NCBI RefSeq assembly: GCF_963921235.1
Contig: NC_086107.1
Location: 111,230,001-111,294,000, forward strand
Origin: Mobula hypostoma
Taxonomy: Eukaryota
DNA: 64,000 bases
Direction of reading: 5' to 3'
The notes below the pieces were generated by a model. That model did no database searches. It was given only the letters and a program-made list of their open reading frames with translations, and had not been told where the DNA came from. Made by a program: the position numbers and the translations under genes. Numbering within the stretch: the stretch's first letter is position 1; every line of letters begins with the position of its first letter. Below are positions 36,577 through 48,070 of this stretch, piece after piece.

Positions 36577-38311
36577 TATTTTATATATATATATAGTCTA
36601 CTTATTGTAATTTTTTATAGGCACCTGTTAGTCTCATGAGACCATGGATTTGCACCTTGGAAGGTTTCCAGGGCGCAGGCCTGGGCAAGGTTGTATGGAA
36701 GACCGGCAGTTGCCCATGCTGCAAGTCTCCCCTCTCTACGACACTGATGTTGTCCAAGGGAAGGGCATTAGGACCCATACAGCTTGGCACCAGTGTCGTC
36801 GCAGAGCAATGTGTGGTTAAGTGCCTTGCTCAAGGACACAACACGCTGCCTCAGCCAAGGCTTCAACCAGCGACCTTCAGGTCACTAGACAACCACCTTA
36901 ATCACTTGACCATGCACCAACACTACTGTAATTTATAGTTTTTATTATTATGTATTCCAATTTTCTGCTGTCAAAAAACAATAAATTTCACAACACATGC
37001 CAGTGATATTAAACCCGACTCTGAGTCCGGTTCACTTACAGAGGGAGTGTACAGGCAGACAATTTGGTACCAGGCCATAACAAGGTAGATTGTGAGGTCA
37101 GTAGTCCATCTTCTTGTCCTAGGTAACCATTCAGTTGTCTATAGCAGGGAGATCAGGAGTTGTCTTTGAGCCTGGTGGGACATGCTTTCGGGTTTTTGTA
37201 TCTTCTTGCCGATGGAAGTAGGGGAGAAGAGAGAATGTCCTGGATAAATGTAGTCTTTGATATGCTGATGTGATACATGGATTTCTTCTTCTGGTAATTT
37301 TCCCTCCCCCTTCCCTCTTCTTCTATTCTCCACTCTGACCCCTTACCTCTTCTCCTCACCTGCTATTGCCTTCCTCCTTCTTCTTCGCTTTCTTCCATGG
37401 TCCACTCTCCTCTCTTATCGGATTCCATCTTCTCCAGTCCTTTCCCTTTCCTATCCACCTGGCTTCACCTATCACCTTCTACTAGTCCTTCTTCCTCTCT
37501 CCCCACCTTTTTATTCTGGCATCTTCCCCCTTCCTTTGCCGTTACGGAGAAGGGTCTCGGCCAGAATTATCAGCTGCTCATTCATATCCATGGATGATAC
37601 CTGATCTGCTGAGCTCCTCCAGCATTTTGGATGTGTTGCTCTGGATTTCTGGCATCTGCAGAATCTCTTGTGTCTTTGATATGTTGGCTGTTTTATAACA
37701 CCCTGAGTGAAGATATTCCCCTCATCTTTGTCCTAAATGATCAATCTCTTGTTCCAAGTCTGTGCCTTAATTGAGATATGTACTTTCATCTGAGAGATGA
37801 GGCTGTCTTTTGGTCAAAGTCTGTTTTCCAGCCCAGTCTCTTTGTCCAGTTTTTCAACCACTACCCAGTTCAGCTCTGGTACTGAGCAAAAAGAGAAGAG
37901 ACAAATAGTAAGGTAGTGCTCATAGGTTCAATGTCCATTCAGAAATTGGATGGTGATGGGGAAGGAGCTCTTCCTGGATCTCTGAGCGTGTGTCTTCAGG
38001 CTCCTGTACCTCCACCTTGATGGTCACAATGAGAAGAGGGTGTGTCCTGGTGTCCTGGGTGATGAAGGCTCTCAGTGATGGATGCTACCTTTTTGAGGCG
38101 TCGCCCTTTAAAGATGACCTGGATGCTGGGAAGGCTAGTGACCATGGTGGAACTGGCTGAATTTACAACTTGCTGCAGCTTTTTCCGATCCTGTGCAGCC
38201 ACAGTGTCTTGGAAACTAAAGGTCAGAAACTGGCCTTTCAGCCCAAACAGTCCACACCAAAGCAGTTAAACTGCCTAGTCCCGCCAAGCTGCACCGGGAC
38301 CATAGCCCTTC

Positions 38312-39317
38312 ATACCACTCCCATCCATGTACCTATCCATACCACTCCCATCCATGTACCTATCCATACACTCCCATCCATGTACCTATCCATACACTCC
38401 CATCCATGTACCTATCCATACACTCCCATCCATGTACCTATCCATACCACTCCCATCCATGTACCTATCCATACACTCCCATCCATGTACCTATCCATAC
38501 ACTCCCATCCATGTACCTAACCATACCACTCCCATCCATGTACCTATCCATACACTCCCATCCATGTACCTATCCATACCACTCCCATCCATGTACCTAT
38601 CCATACACTCCCATCCATGTACCTATCCATACACTCCCATCCATGTACCTATCCATACCACTCTCATCCATGTACCTATCCATACACTCCCATCCATGTA
38701 CCTATCCATACCACTCCCATCCATGTACCTATCCATACACTCCCATCCATGTACCTATCCATACCACTCCCATCCATGTACCTATCCATACACTCCCATC
38801 CATGTACCTATCCATACCACTCCCATCCATGTACCTATCCATACACTCCCATCCATGTACCTATCCATACCACTCCCATCCATGTACCTATCCATACACT
38901 CCCATCCATGTACCTATCCATACCACTCCCATCCATGTACCTATCCATACCACTCCCATCCATGTACCTATCCATACACTCCCATCCATGTACCTATCCA
39001 TACCACTCCCATCCATGTACCTATCCATACCACTCCCATCCATGTACCTATCCATACGCTCCCATCCATGTACCTATCCATACACTCCAATCCATGTACC
39101 TATCCATACCACTCCCATCCATGTACCTATCCATACACTCCCATCCATATACCTATCCATACGCTCCCATCCATGTACCTATCCATACACTCCCATCCAT
39201 GTACCTATCCATACCACTCCCATCCATGTACCTATCCATACACTCCCATCCATGTACCCATCCATACCACTCCCATCCATGTACCTATCCATACCACTCC
39301 CATCCATGTACCCATCC
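38312..39317. repeat. Minisatellite, ~38 units of 26/27 bp (ATAC(C)ACTCCCATCCATGTACCTATCC)
   Basis: Direct inspection. The unit equals a segment of the flanking minus-strand CR1 3' end. Confidence 0.95.
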
Positions 39318-39518
39318 AAACTTCTCCTGAACGTTCAAATCGAGATGGCACCCACCATACCGAACGGGGGATACAACCAGGTAGAATGCATCTGTAGAGA
39401 TTTGCGAGTGATCTCCACGGTACATCTAACTGGTGTAACACTTCATTATGCATTCTGCTACACACATCAAAGTAGCTGGTGAACGCAGCAGGCCAGGCAG
39501 CATCTGTAGGAAGAGGTG

Positions 39519-39556
39519 CAGTCGACGTTTCAGGCCGAGACCCTTCGTCAGGACTA
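39519..39556 (-). ncRNA. Minimal hammerhead ribozyme motif
   Basis: Minus strand: TAGTC CTGACGA A GGGT CTCG GCCT GAAA CG TC GACTG. Confidence 0.62.
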
Positions 39557-39779
39557 CATGCATCCTGCTGTTGTTTTTCTTAGTAAACCACAATGCACTG
39601 ATGTGATGGAATGATCTATATGCAAATCACAGTTTTCACAGCGCATCAATGCATGTGACAATAATTTAAAAAAATTAAATTTACCAATTTAAAGTTTTGG
39701 AATTTTCTGTGGATGTACAGTCACTGGTTATAAATAAACCTGATTCTAACAGATTTTTGCACATCAAGAATCAAGTGAT

Positions 39780-40570
39780 TCTTAATTTGTGGATGACACC
39801 AAGATTGGGAGTGCAGTGGACAGTGAGGAAGGTTATCATGGCTTGCAGAGGGATCTGCATCAGATGGAGAAATGGGCTGAGAAAAGGCAGATGGAATTTA
39901 ATGCAGACAAGTGTGAGGTTTTGCGCAACCAGTGTAAGTCTCACACAGTGAACGGTAGGGCACTGAGGGGTGTGGTAGAACAAAAGAATCTGGGAATACA
40001 GATCCATAATTCATTGAAAGTGGTATCACAGGTAGATAGGGTCATAAAGAAAGCCTTTGGTATGTTGGCCTTCATAAATCAAAGTATTGAGTACAGGAGA
40101 TGGGATGTTATGTTGAAGTTATATAAGACATTAATGAGGCCTAATTTGGAGTATTGTGTGCCATTTTGGTTACCTACCTACAGGAAGGATATAAGTAAGA
40201 GCACAGAAGAAATTTACAAGGATGTTGCCAGGTGTGGAGAAATGGTGTTATCAGGAAAGATTGGATAGGTGAGCAGTTTATTCCTTGGAACGTAGAAGAT
40301 TGAGAGGAGATTTGATAGAAGTATTCAAAATTATAAGGGATATAGATAGGCTTTTTCCACTGAGGTTGGGTGGGAGGTCATGAGTTAAAGGTGAAAGATG
40401 AGAAGTTTAAGGGGAATATGAGGGGAATCGCCTTCACTCAGAGGGCCATGAGACTGTGGAATGAGCTGCCAGCACAACTGGTGCATGTAAGTCCGATTTC
40501 AACTTTTAAGAGAAGTTTGAATAGGTACATGGATAGTAAGGATATGGAGAGCTATGGTCCCAGTGCAGGA
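39780..40570 (+). mobile_element. CR1 LINE RT C-terminal fragment and 3' region
   Basis: DDTKIGSAVDSEEG...WAEKRQMEFNADKCEV...PNLEYCVPFW. Confidence 0.9.
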
Positions 40571-41135
40571 CTATTTGTGAGAGAGAATCTGGAGAGACCG
40601 TGGCAAATTCTGTGTAGAAAAATCCTCTACTTTCTGCCATTGGACACCACAATCAGATCCAGGTGTAAGATTGTGTTTCCTAGACACCTCGTCTGATAAG
40701 AATCCTGGAATCTGTCGGGCTGTCAATGAGAGATAAGGAATTCAAACAGTGCATGCAAAGCTGGAAAGGCACAGTAGAAATGAACAAAGAGCTTTGATTT
40801 TGAGTTTTTTTTTGTGTGTGGAGTACAGTGTTCATGTACTTTATCTCAAATCAGGTATCCCAAAGTACAGTGGATTCGATAAATTGGGTCACATCAGGAC
40901 CAATACATTTTGGCCCACTTAAATGGCTACCCCAATTAAAGTTTCATGGAAATAGTTTTTTAAAAGGTATAAAAAAGACAAACTACTGTTTAGCTCTGTA
41001 ACAAATTATGTACATATATTTCAATTAAATACAGTACAATAAAACTGTGCAACATACATCAAAGTTGCTGGTGAACGCAGCAGGCCAAGCAGCATCTATA
41101 GGAAGAGGTGCAGTCGACGTTTCAGGCCGAGACCC

Positions 41136-44028
41136 AGCGGCTATGGGATTACTTCGAGTCGGTGGACTGGCATGCTCACGGGCTCATCCGCGGATCTGAA
41201 TGAATACACCATGGCTGTCATGGACTTCATTAAAACAGCTGTAGTTGTGTGTCTTCCCCAATCAGAAGCCCTAGATGAACCATCAGATCCGCAATCTGCT
41301 GAGGGCCAGGTCAGTGGCATTCAAGTCTGGTGACCAAGGAAGTTGCAAGAGGTTCCAAATATGATCTCCGGAAATCCACCTCATGGGCAAAGTGGCAATT
41401 CTGGACTAAACTTGAATCAACGAAGGATGCTGGACAGTTGTGGCAGGGCTTGAGTCCCATCACCTCTTGTAAGATTAAATCAAGCAACATAGGTGACAAC
41501 AGGGCTTCACTTCCAGATGAGCTCAATGCCTTCTACACTCATTTTGTCTGTAAAAACATGGGGGAGCCATTACGAACTCCCACGGCCCCCAATGATCTCG
41601 TGATTTCAGTCTCCGAGGCAGTCTTCAGGACGATGAACCCACGAAAAGCATGCAGCCCACCCAGATGGGGTACTTGTCCAAGTACTAAAGACCTGTGCCA
41701 ATCAGCTGGCTGGAGTGTTCACTGAGACCTTTAACCTCTCGCTTCGGCAGTCTGAGGTACCCACTTGCTTGAAGCAGGATTCAATTATACCGGTGCCTAA
41801 GAAGAACCTGCCCCAATGACTATCGTCTGGTAGCACTTACATCCACAGTGGTGAAGGGCTTTGAGAGTTTGGTGGTGAAACATTATCAATTCCTGCCTGA
41901 TAAGTGACTTGGATCCGCTCCAGTTTTCCTACAACAGGTTCACAGCAGATGCTATCTCATTGGCTCTACACTCAACCCCGGAACATCTGGACAGCAAAGG
42001 TGCAGACATCAAGATGCTCTTTATTGACTGCAGTTCAGCATTCAATGCCTTCATCCCCTCAAAACTAATCAATAAGTCCAAGACCTTTGCTTCAATACCT
42101 TCTTATGCAATTGGATCCTCAATTTCCTCACTTGTGGACCCCAGTCAAAAAATCTCCTCCGTGATCTCCATCAGTACAGGTGTATCGCAAGGCTGTGTGC
42201 TTAGCCCCTGCTCTACACACTTTCAGCTTAATGTGAAAAAGACTAAGGAGCTGGTGGTAGACCTGAGGAGAGCTAAGGTACCTGCGACCCCTGTTTCCAT
42301 CCAGGGGGTCAGTGTGGACATGGTGGAGGATTACAAATGGCTGGGGATACGAACTGACAATAAACTGGAATGGTCAAAGAACACTGAGGCTGTCTACAAG
42401 AAGGGTCAGAGCCGTCTCTATTTCCTGAGGAGACTGAGGTCCTTTAACATCTGCCGGACGGTGCTGAGGATGTTCTACGAGTCTGTGGTGGCCAGTGCGA
42501 TTGTGTTTGCTGTTGTGTGCTGGGGCAGCAGGCTGAGGGTAGCAGACACCAACAGAATCAACAAACTCATTCGTAAGGTCAGTGATGTTGTGAGGATGGA
42601 ACTGGACTTTCTGACGGTGGTGTCTGAAAAGAGGATGCTGTCCAAGTTGCATGCCATCTTGGACAATGTCTCCCATCCACTACATAATGTACTGGTTGGG
42701 CACAGGAGTACATTCAGCCAGAGACTCATTCCACCGAGATGCAACACAGAGCGTTATAGGAAGTCATTCCTGCCTGTGGCCATCAAACTTTACAACTCCT
42801 CCCTTGGAGGGTCAGACACCCTGAGCCAATAGGCTGGTCCTGGACTTACTTCCTGGCATAATTTACATACTACTATTTAACTATTTATGATTTTGTTACT
42901 GTTTAATTATTTATGGTGCAACTGTAATGAAAACCAATTTCCCCCGGGATCAATAAAGTATGACTATGACTATGACTTACACTTATGACTGTGTGGCTAA
43001 GCACAGCTCCAGTGCCATATTCATGTTTGCTGATGGCATCACTGTCATTGGCCGAATCAAAGGTGGTGATGAATTAGCATATATGAGGGAGACTGAAAAA
43101 TCTGGCCGAGTGGCAGCATGACAACAACCTCTCACTCAACGTCAGCAAGACCAAGGAGCTGATTATTGACTTCAAGAGGAGGAAACCAGACGCACATGAG
43201 CCACTCCTCACTGGAGGATCAGAGGTGGAGAAAGTCAGCAACTTTAAATTTCTGAGTGTTATTATTTCAGAGCACCTGTCCTGCGCCCAACATGTAAGTG
43301 CAATTTGCGAAGAAAGCACAGAGTCACCTCTGCTTCCTTAGGAGGTTGCGAAGATTCAGCATGATGTCTAAAACTTTGATGAACTTCTATAGATGGATAA
43401 TGGACAGTATGTTGACTGGCTGCATCACAGCCTGGTATGCAAACACCAATGCCCTTGAACAGAAAATCTGACAAAAAATAGTGGATACAGCCCAGTCCAT
43501 TACGGGTAAAAGCTTCCCCACCTCTGAGCAGATCTACATGAAACGTTGTCATCGGAAAGCAGAATCCAACATCAGGGACCCTACCACCCAGGATGTACTC
43601 TTGCCTCACTGCTGTCATCAGGAAGATGGTACAGGAGCCTCAGGACTCGCACCACCAGGTTCAAGAAGAGTTATTACCCCTCCACCGTAAGGCTCTTGAG
43701 CCAAAGGGGATAACTTCATTCACCTTCACTTGGCCCATCGTTGAACTGTTCCCAGAACCTATGGACTCATTTTCAAGGACTCCATCTCATTTTCTCAATA
43801 TTTATTGCTTATTTATTTATGACTATTATTTCTTTTTTTTTTGTATTTGTACAGTTTGTTATCTTTTGCACATTGGTTGAACGCCCAACGGTGCGATCTT
43901 TCATTGATTCTGTTACGGTTATTATTCCATCAATCTATTGAGTATGCCCTCAAGGCAATGAATCTCAGGGTTGTCATGGTGACATCTATGTTGTCTGATC
44001 ATAAATTTCATTTGAACTTTGAGCTTTA
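41136..44028 (+). mobile_element. Degenerate Rex/Babar LINE (RT region), split by a younger insert
   Basis: LPDELNAFY, DPLQF...DAISLALH...MLFIDCSSAFN, GVSQGCVLSP | YDCVA...FADG, NLSLNVSKTKELIIDF, then a 3' tail. Confidence 0.85.
42222..42976 (+). mobile_element. Young Rex/Babar LINE 3' end nested in an older Rex element
   Basis: Open frame QLNVKKTKELVVDLRR...KKGQSRLYFLRRLRSFN...LYNSSLGGSDTLSQ* and a (ACTATG)n tail. Near-identical to 32771-33492. Confidence 0.9.
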
Positions 44029-47000
44029 ATAGTTATCAGTAGAGGAATTGATCCAGTGAACGTTGACACCGCTGTGTTTTGATTATAAATGAACAAGATC
44101 AGCACAGATGACTAGTGCAGATAATTGACTGTCTTCATACAGTTCTTTCAATGACTGCATTCTCCAAGTTTTCATTTTCATTGTGACATTCAAAGTACCT
44201 TCAAATTCTTTGTAATTCTTAGCTTGTTGAAAGAGTGAAATGGTTTCCTTTTCACTCCCGGCTGTTCCTGGCATCTCCAAGCCTGAATGCTTGAAACCGC
44301 AGTGAGCCAAACAGTTCCAGTTGTCTTACTGCTCTTTTCTTGCCAACCATCAGTGACAAAAATTGCTGCTTTTTGAACACAAAGACACACAACTGATGCT
44401 ATTTAAAAACTGTTTGCTCTAAGCATGTTGTAGTGTCTAATGCATGGCTCTGATGCCAGTTGGAAATTGTTTGGTAACAGTCTCCTGTCACAGTTAAGTA
44501 GTATAGCGTCCCAAATAAAGGGAATCCTGGCTATTTTCGTGAATAGCTTTTGTTTTCAAGAATTGTCCCAAATAAGCGGCTGCCCCTGTTAACCAATGGC
44601 CCAATTAACCAGAATCCACTGTAGTTGTAAAACAATCATTTTTTAGCTGGGGCTGAACTAAACTTTTATCCATGGGAAACGTGGCAGCCAGTTCGAGTGA
44701 AAGTGCCACGAGATAGTTTACTCCTGCACAGTGGCACTGTTGTAGGGAACTGAGTTCAATCTTGACCTTGGCTTTGCTGTCTTTGTGGAGTTTTCTTGAT
44801 TTCCCTGTAACCACAGTGCTCCCGTTTCCTTCCACATCCCAAGGATGTACCGGTGGGCACACCTAATCTTGCACTGCTAATTACCCCTACACTTAGGCGG
44901 CATGGTAGCACAACGCTATACAATACAGGCGACTTGGCTTCAATTCCTGTCACTGCCTCCAAGGAGTTTGTACCTTCTCCCCATGTCCACGTGGGTTTCC
45001 TCCGGGTTTCCTCCCGCAGTCGAAAGACATACCAGTTAGTAGGTTAATTGGTCATTGTAAACTGCCCCATGTTTGGGCAAGGATTAAGTCAGGGGATTGC
45101 TGGGTAGTGTGGCTTGAAGGGTCGGAAGGGCCTATTCCGTGTTGCTTCTCAATAAATAAATGAATAAACACAGGAGCTGCTGGAAGTCCGGAGCAACCCA
45201 CAGAAAACGCTGGAGAAACTCAGCAAGTCAGGCAGCATCTATGGAGAGGATAAACAGTTAGTGCTTTGGGCCGAGACCCTTCACCAGGATTATCCCTACT
45301 GTAGAATCGAGGGAAAGTGGATGGGCCTGTGAGGGAAGGTGCAAGGGGGTAAAGGAGGAAGAAAGGAGATGGGGAATGGGATTAATGTGATGGTTCCCTG
45401 TGAGCCAGGAAAGATTTAATGGGATGAACGGCCTCTTAGTGTGTAATTTTAAGTTTCGGGAAAGGAAGATAGGATCTTGTTTTAACGTCTTATCAAAGAG
45501 AGGCACTTTTGACAGTGTAGGCATCCTGTTCTACAGGCACCAACCATCAGCTGCTTTAAATTCCTGGGCCTTGACATGTCCTGGGCCCAGCACGTAGATA
45601 AAATCACAGGAAGGTGTGCCAGTGTATTTACTTTCTCAGAGGTTTAAGGAGGTTCAGTACGTCACCAAGCACACTAACAAAGCTCAACAGATGTTCTGTT
45701 GAAAAGCATCCTGACTGGTTGCATCAAGGTCTGGTATGGCAACTCAAATGCACAGGAACGATGGAAGCCGCAGAGGATCGTGGACTTGTCCCAATGCAAC
45801 ATAGGCACCGTCAGTTGTAATTACAGAAGGGTCAGCCACGTGGGCCAAGTGATTTATCACGAAGAGCTCAGCCACCTGGGCCAAGCCATGTTCTCGCAGC
45901 TGCCATTGGGCAGGAGGAACAGAGGCCTGAAGTCCCACACCACCAGGTTCAGAAACTGAAACTTCCCTTCAATCATTTGGAGATGGAACCAACCAACACA
46001 ACCCTAATCACGGCAGTTTAGCATCAGTGACCACACTGATCACCTTGCATTGAAATAGACTTGGTTTATTTTCGTTCTATTTATGTTTGTTCTTGTAAAA
46101 ATGTGCATTATTTATTGTTAACTTACATTTTGTTTGTGAGTGATGCCGTGCGCCTGTGATGCTGCAGCAAGTACATTTGGCAGGGCATAAACGATGAGCA
46201 CAACTTTGACTTTTCTTTCCGCTCGAGTGGCTCCAGAAGGATGAGCTCACAAAGCTCTGAGACATGGTTCAAGGAGACGCTCGAACAGTGTGCCACTGGC
46301 TTCCTCGTTGGGTTGGTCAAGGAGTCGCTCGAACCGTGTACCGCTGGATTCCGCGTTGGGTTGTGAGGGGATGGTGCTGGTCTCCCTTGTCTGTGCTGAC
46401 CATCAGTGTCCAGAGTGTGCTGCCTGGGTTGACAGAGGGGGCAAATCCAATAAAGGCATTTAAGAGGGTGTTAGGCTGGGAGACAAATGTGTGGAGGATG
46501 GAGGAATATGGACATTGTGTGGAGATTAGTTCCTCCAAAAGGACCGCAATCATCTCATGGTTTAGAGGCTTGTGTGTCTCAACGACCCAGGGAGCCACGT
46601 TGGCTGGAGTCAGGGATTTATGCTTTGGCTCTTGGTAGGGTCACCCATGCCAAACAGGTCAAACGGTAGAGGCCAGACAAAGAATAGTCTACCAGTTCGG
46701 AAGTTCAGCTCAGGGCTAACAACCTTGACTAGTCAATCAAAACTGCTACGCAAGCAGCAATGGAGAATCCTTCTATATCTGAGTGTGCCGGTATTCCTGA
46801 GTCTCCACCCTTGACTTGCATGACCCACTGTAGTGAAAACCGAGAAGAAGCTACTGACATGATGAAGGAAGCCCTGAACACCACCAGAGATGGAGGACCC
46901 TCATTGCTGCCCTCAACACCAATGGGCAGTAAGTAGGGATTAGCTAAATTAAGCATTTTCTTTCTAGTTTAATTAGTTCAATACAACATTGTGGGTTATA

Positions 47001-47089
47001 GGGATTGTACTGTTCTATGTTCCGTGTTCTGTGTTCTAGACTTTGATTTTCCTCCTGTGTCTCTGGTAATATGAAGATCTGAACTATGC

Positions 47090-47800
47090 ATTTTGACTTT
47101 GGAAAGGATAAGAAAGGGAACAAACACCAATCCTCAGAGAGGGGTCAGAAGTGGAAAGAGTGACTGATTTCAAGCTCCTGGGTGTCAATCTCTCTGAGGA
47201 TCTAACCTGGACCCAAAATATCGATGCAGCTACAAAGAAGGCACGACAGAGGCTATATTCCATTAGGAGTTTGAGGAAATTTGGATTGTCACCAAAAGAG
47301 ACTCGCAAATTTCTACAGATATACCATGGAGAGCATTCTAACTGGCTGCGTCACCGTCTAGTATGGGGCAGGGGCTACTGCACAGGATCGAAACAAGCTC
47401 GGAGAGTTGTGAACTTAATCAACTCCATCATGGGCACTAGCTTCTGTAGTATCCAGGACGTCTTCAAGGAGCGATGCCTCAGGAAGGCGGCGTCCAAATT
47501 TCAGGACCCCCCTCACCCAGGTCATGCCGTGTTCTCACTGATAACCATCAGGACGGAGGCACAGGAGCCTGAAGGCACACACTCATCAATTCAGCAACAG
47601 CAACGTCCCCTCTGCCATCAGATTTCTGAATGGACATTGAACCCATTAAACTACCTCACTAATTTTTATTTCTATTTTTGCAATACTTATTTAATTTAGC
47701 TATTTAATGTGAATACTTGCTGTAATTCACCCTGTGCATTACAATGTATGCATTGTACTGCTGCTACAAAGACAACAAATTTCACCAAACCTGATTCTGA
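47090..47800 (+). mobile_element. Rex/Babar LINE 3' portion
   Basis: VERVTDFKLLGVNLSEDLTWTQNIDAATKKARQRLYSIRSLRKFG. Confidence 0.85.
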
Positions 47801-47949
47801 TTCTGCTCAGAGTGATGCTATGCTGCTTTTCATTCTTACTCGTTATATTCCTTCACAGGTGAGATGCCAGTACTTTTTTGCCTATTTGGATATGCAAATA
47901 AAGGGTACAGTGTGTGTTAATGTTCCCTCACCCCAAACAGGCTTATCGT

Positions 47950-48070
47950 GAGACAACCAATATACTGGGAACGTCAGCACTCCTATTTGAACGCACCAAT
48001 ATCGAGCTGCTTCCTGATCTCCGCCCAGTCCGATTGGCTCTTCCCGTCCATCCTGGGCCGGCGCAGTAGG
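47950..48070. promoter_or_regulatory. Promoter-like cluster: three CCAAT boxes, ETS core and GC box
   Basis: CCAAT 47957-47961 and 47996-48000, ATTGG 48033-48037, CTTCCTG 48010-48016, CCGCCC 48021-48026. Locally CpG-rich. Confidence 0.4.

Larger units (their letters stand above)
40868..44621 (-). mobile_element. Tigger/pogo-like DNA transposon remnant containing nested retroelements
   Basis: TA|CAGTGGATTCGATAAATTGGG and CCCAATTAACCAGAATCCACTG|TA. Minus-strand remnant AAIFVTDGWQEKSSKTT/NCLAHCGF (~44290-44380) resembles the pogo DDE C-terminal motif AW...TIxNCFxxCGF. Confidence 0.7.

Noticed and set aside
38312..39317. CRISPR-like regular repeat array
   Set aside because: Units are head-to-tail with no unique spacers, there are no cas genes, and the context is eukaryotic.
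38327..39482. Three long ORFs (356, 358 and 237 aa) rich in H/P/Y/S
   Set aside because: They are translations of the 26/27-bp minisatellite, which happens to lack stops on this strand.
41909..42832. 307-aa ORF as a host gene or intact reverse transcriptase
   Set aside because: It is a chimera of a decayed Rex RT and a nested younger Rex 3' end, and the catalytic DD motif is not in the ORF.
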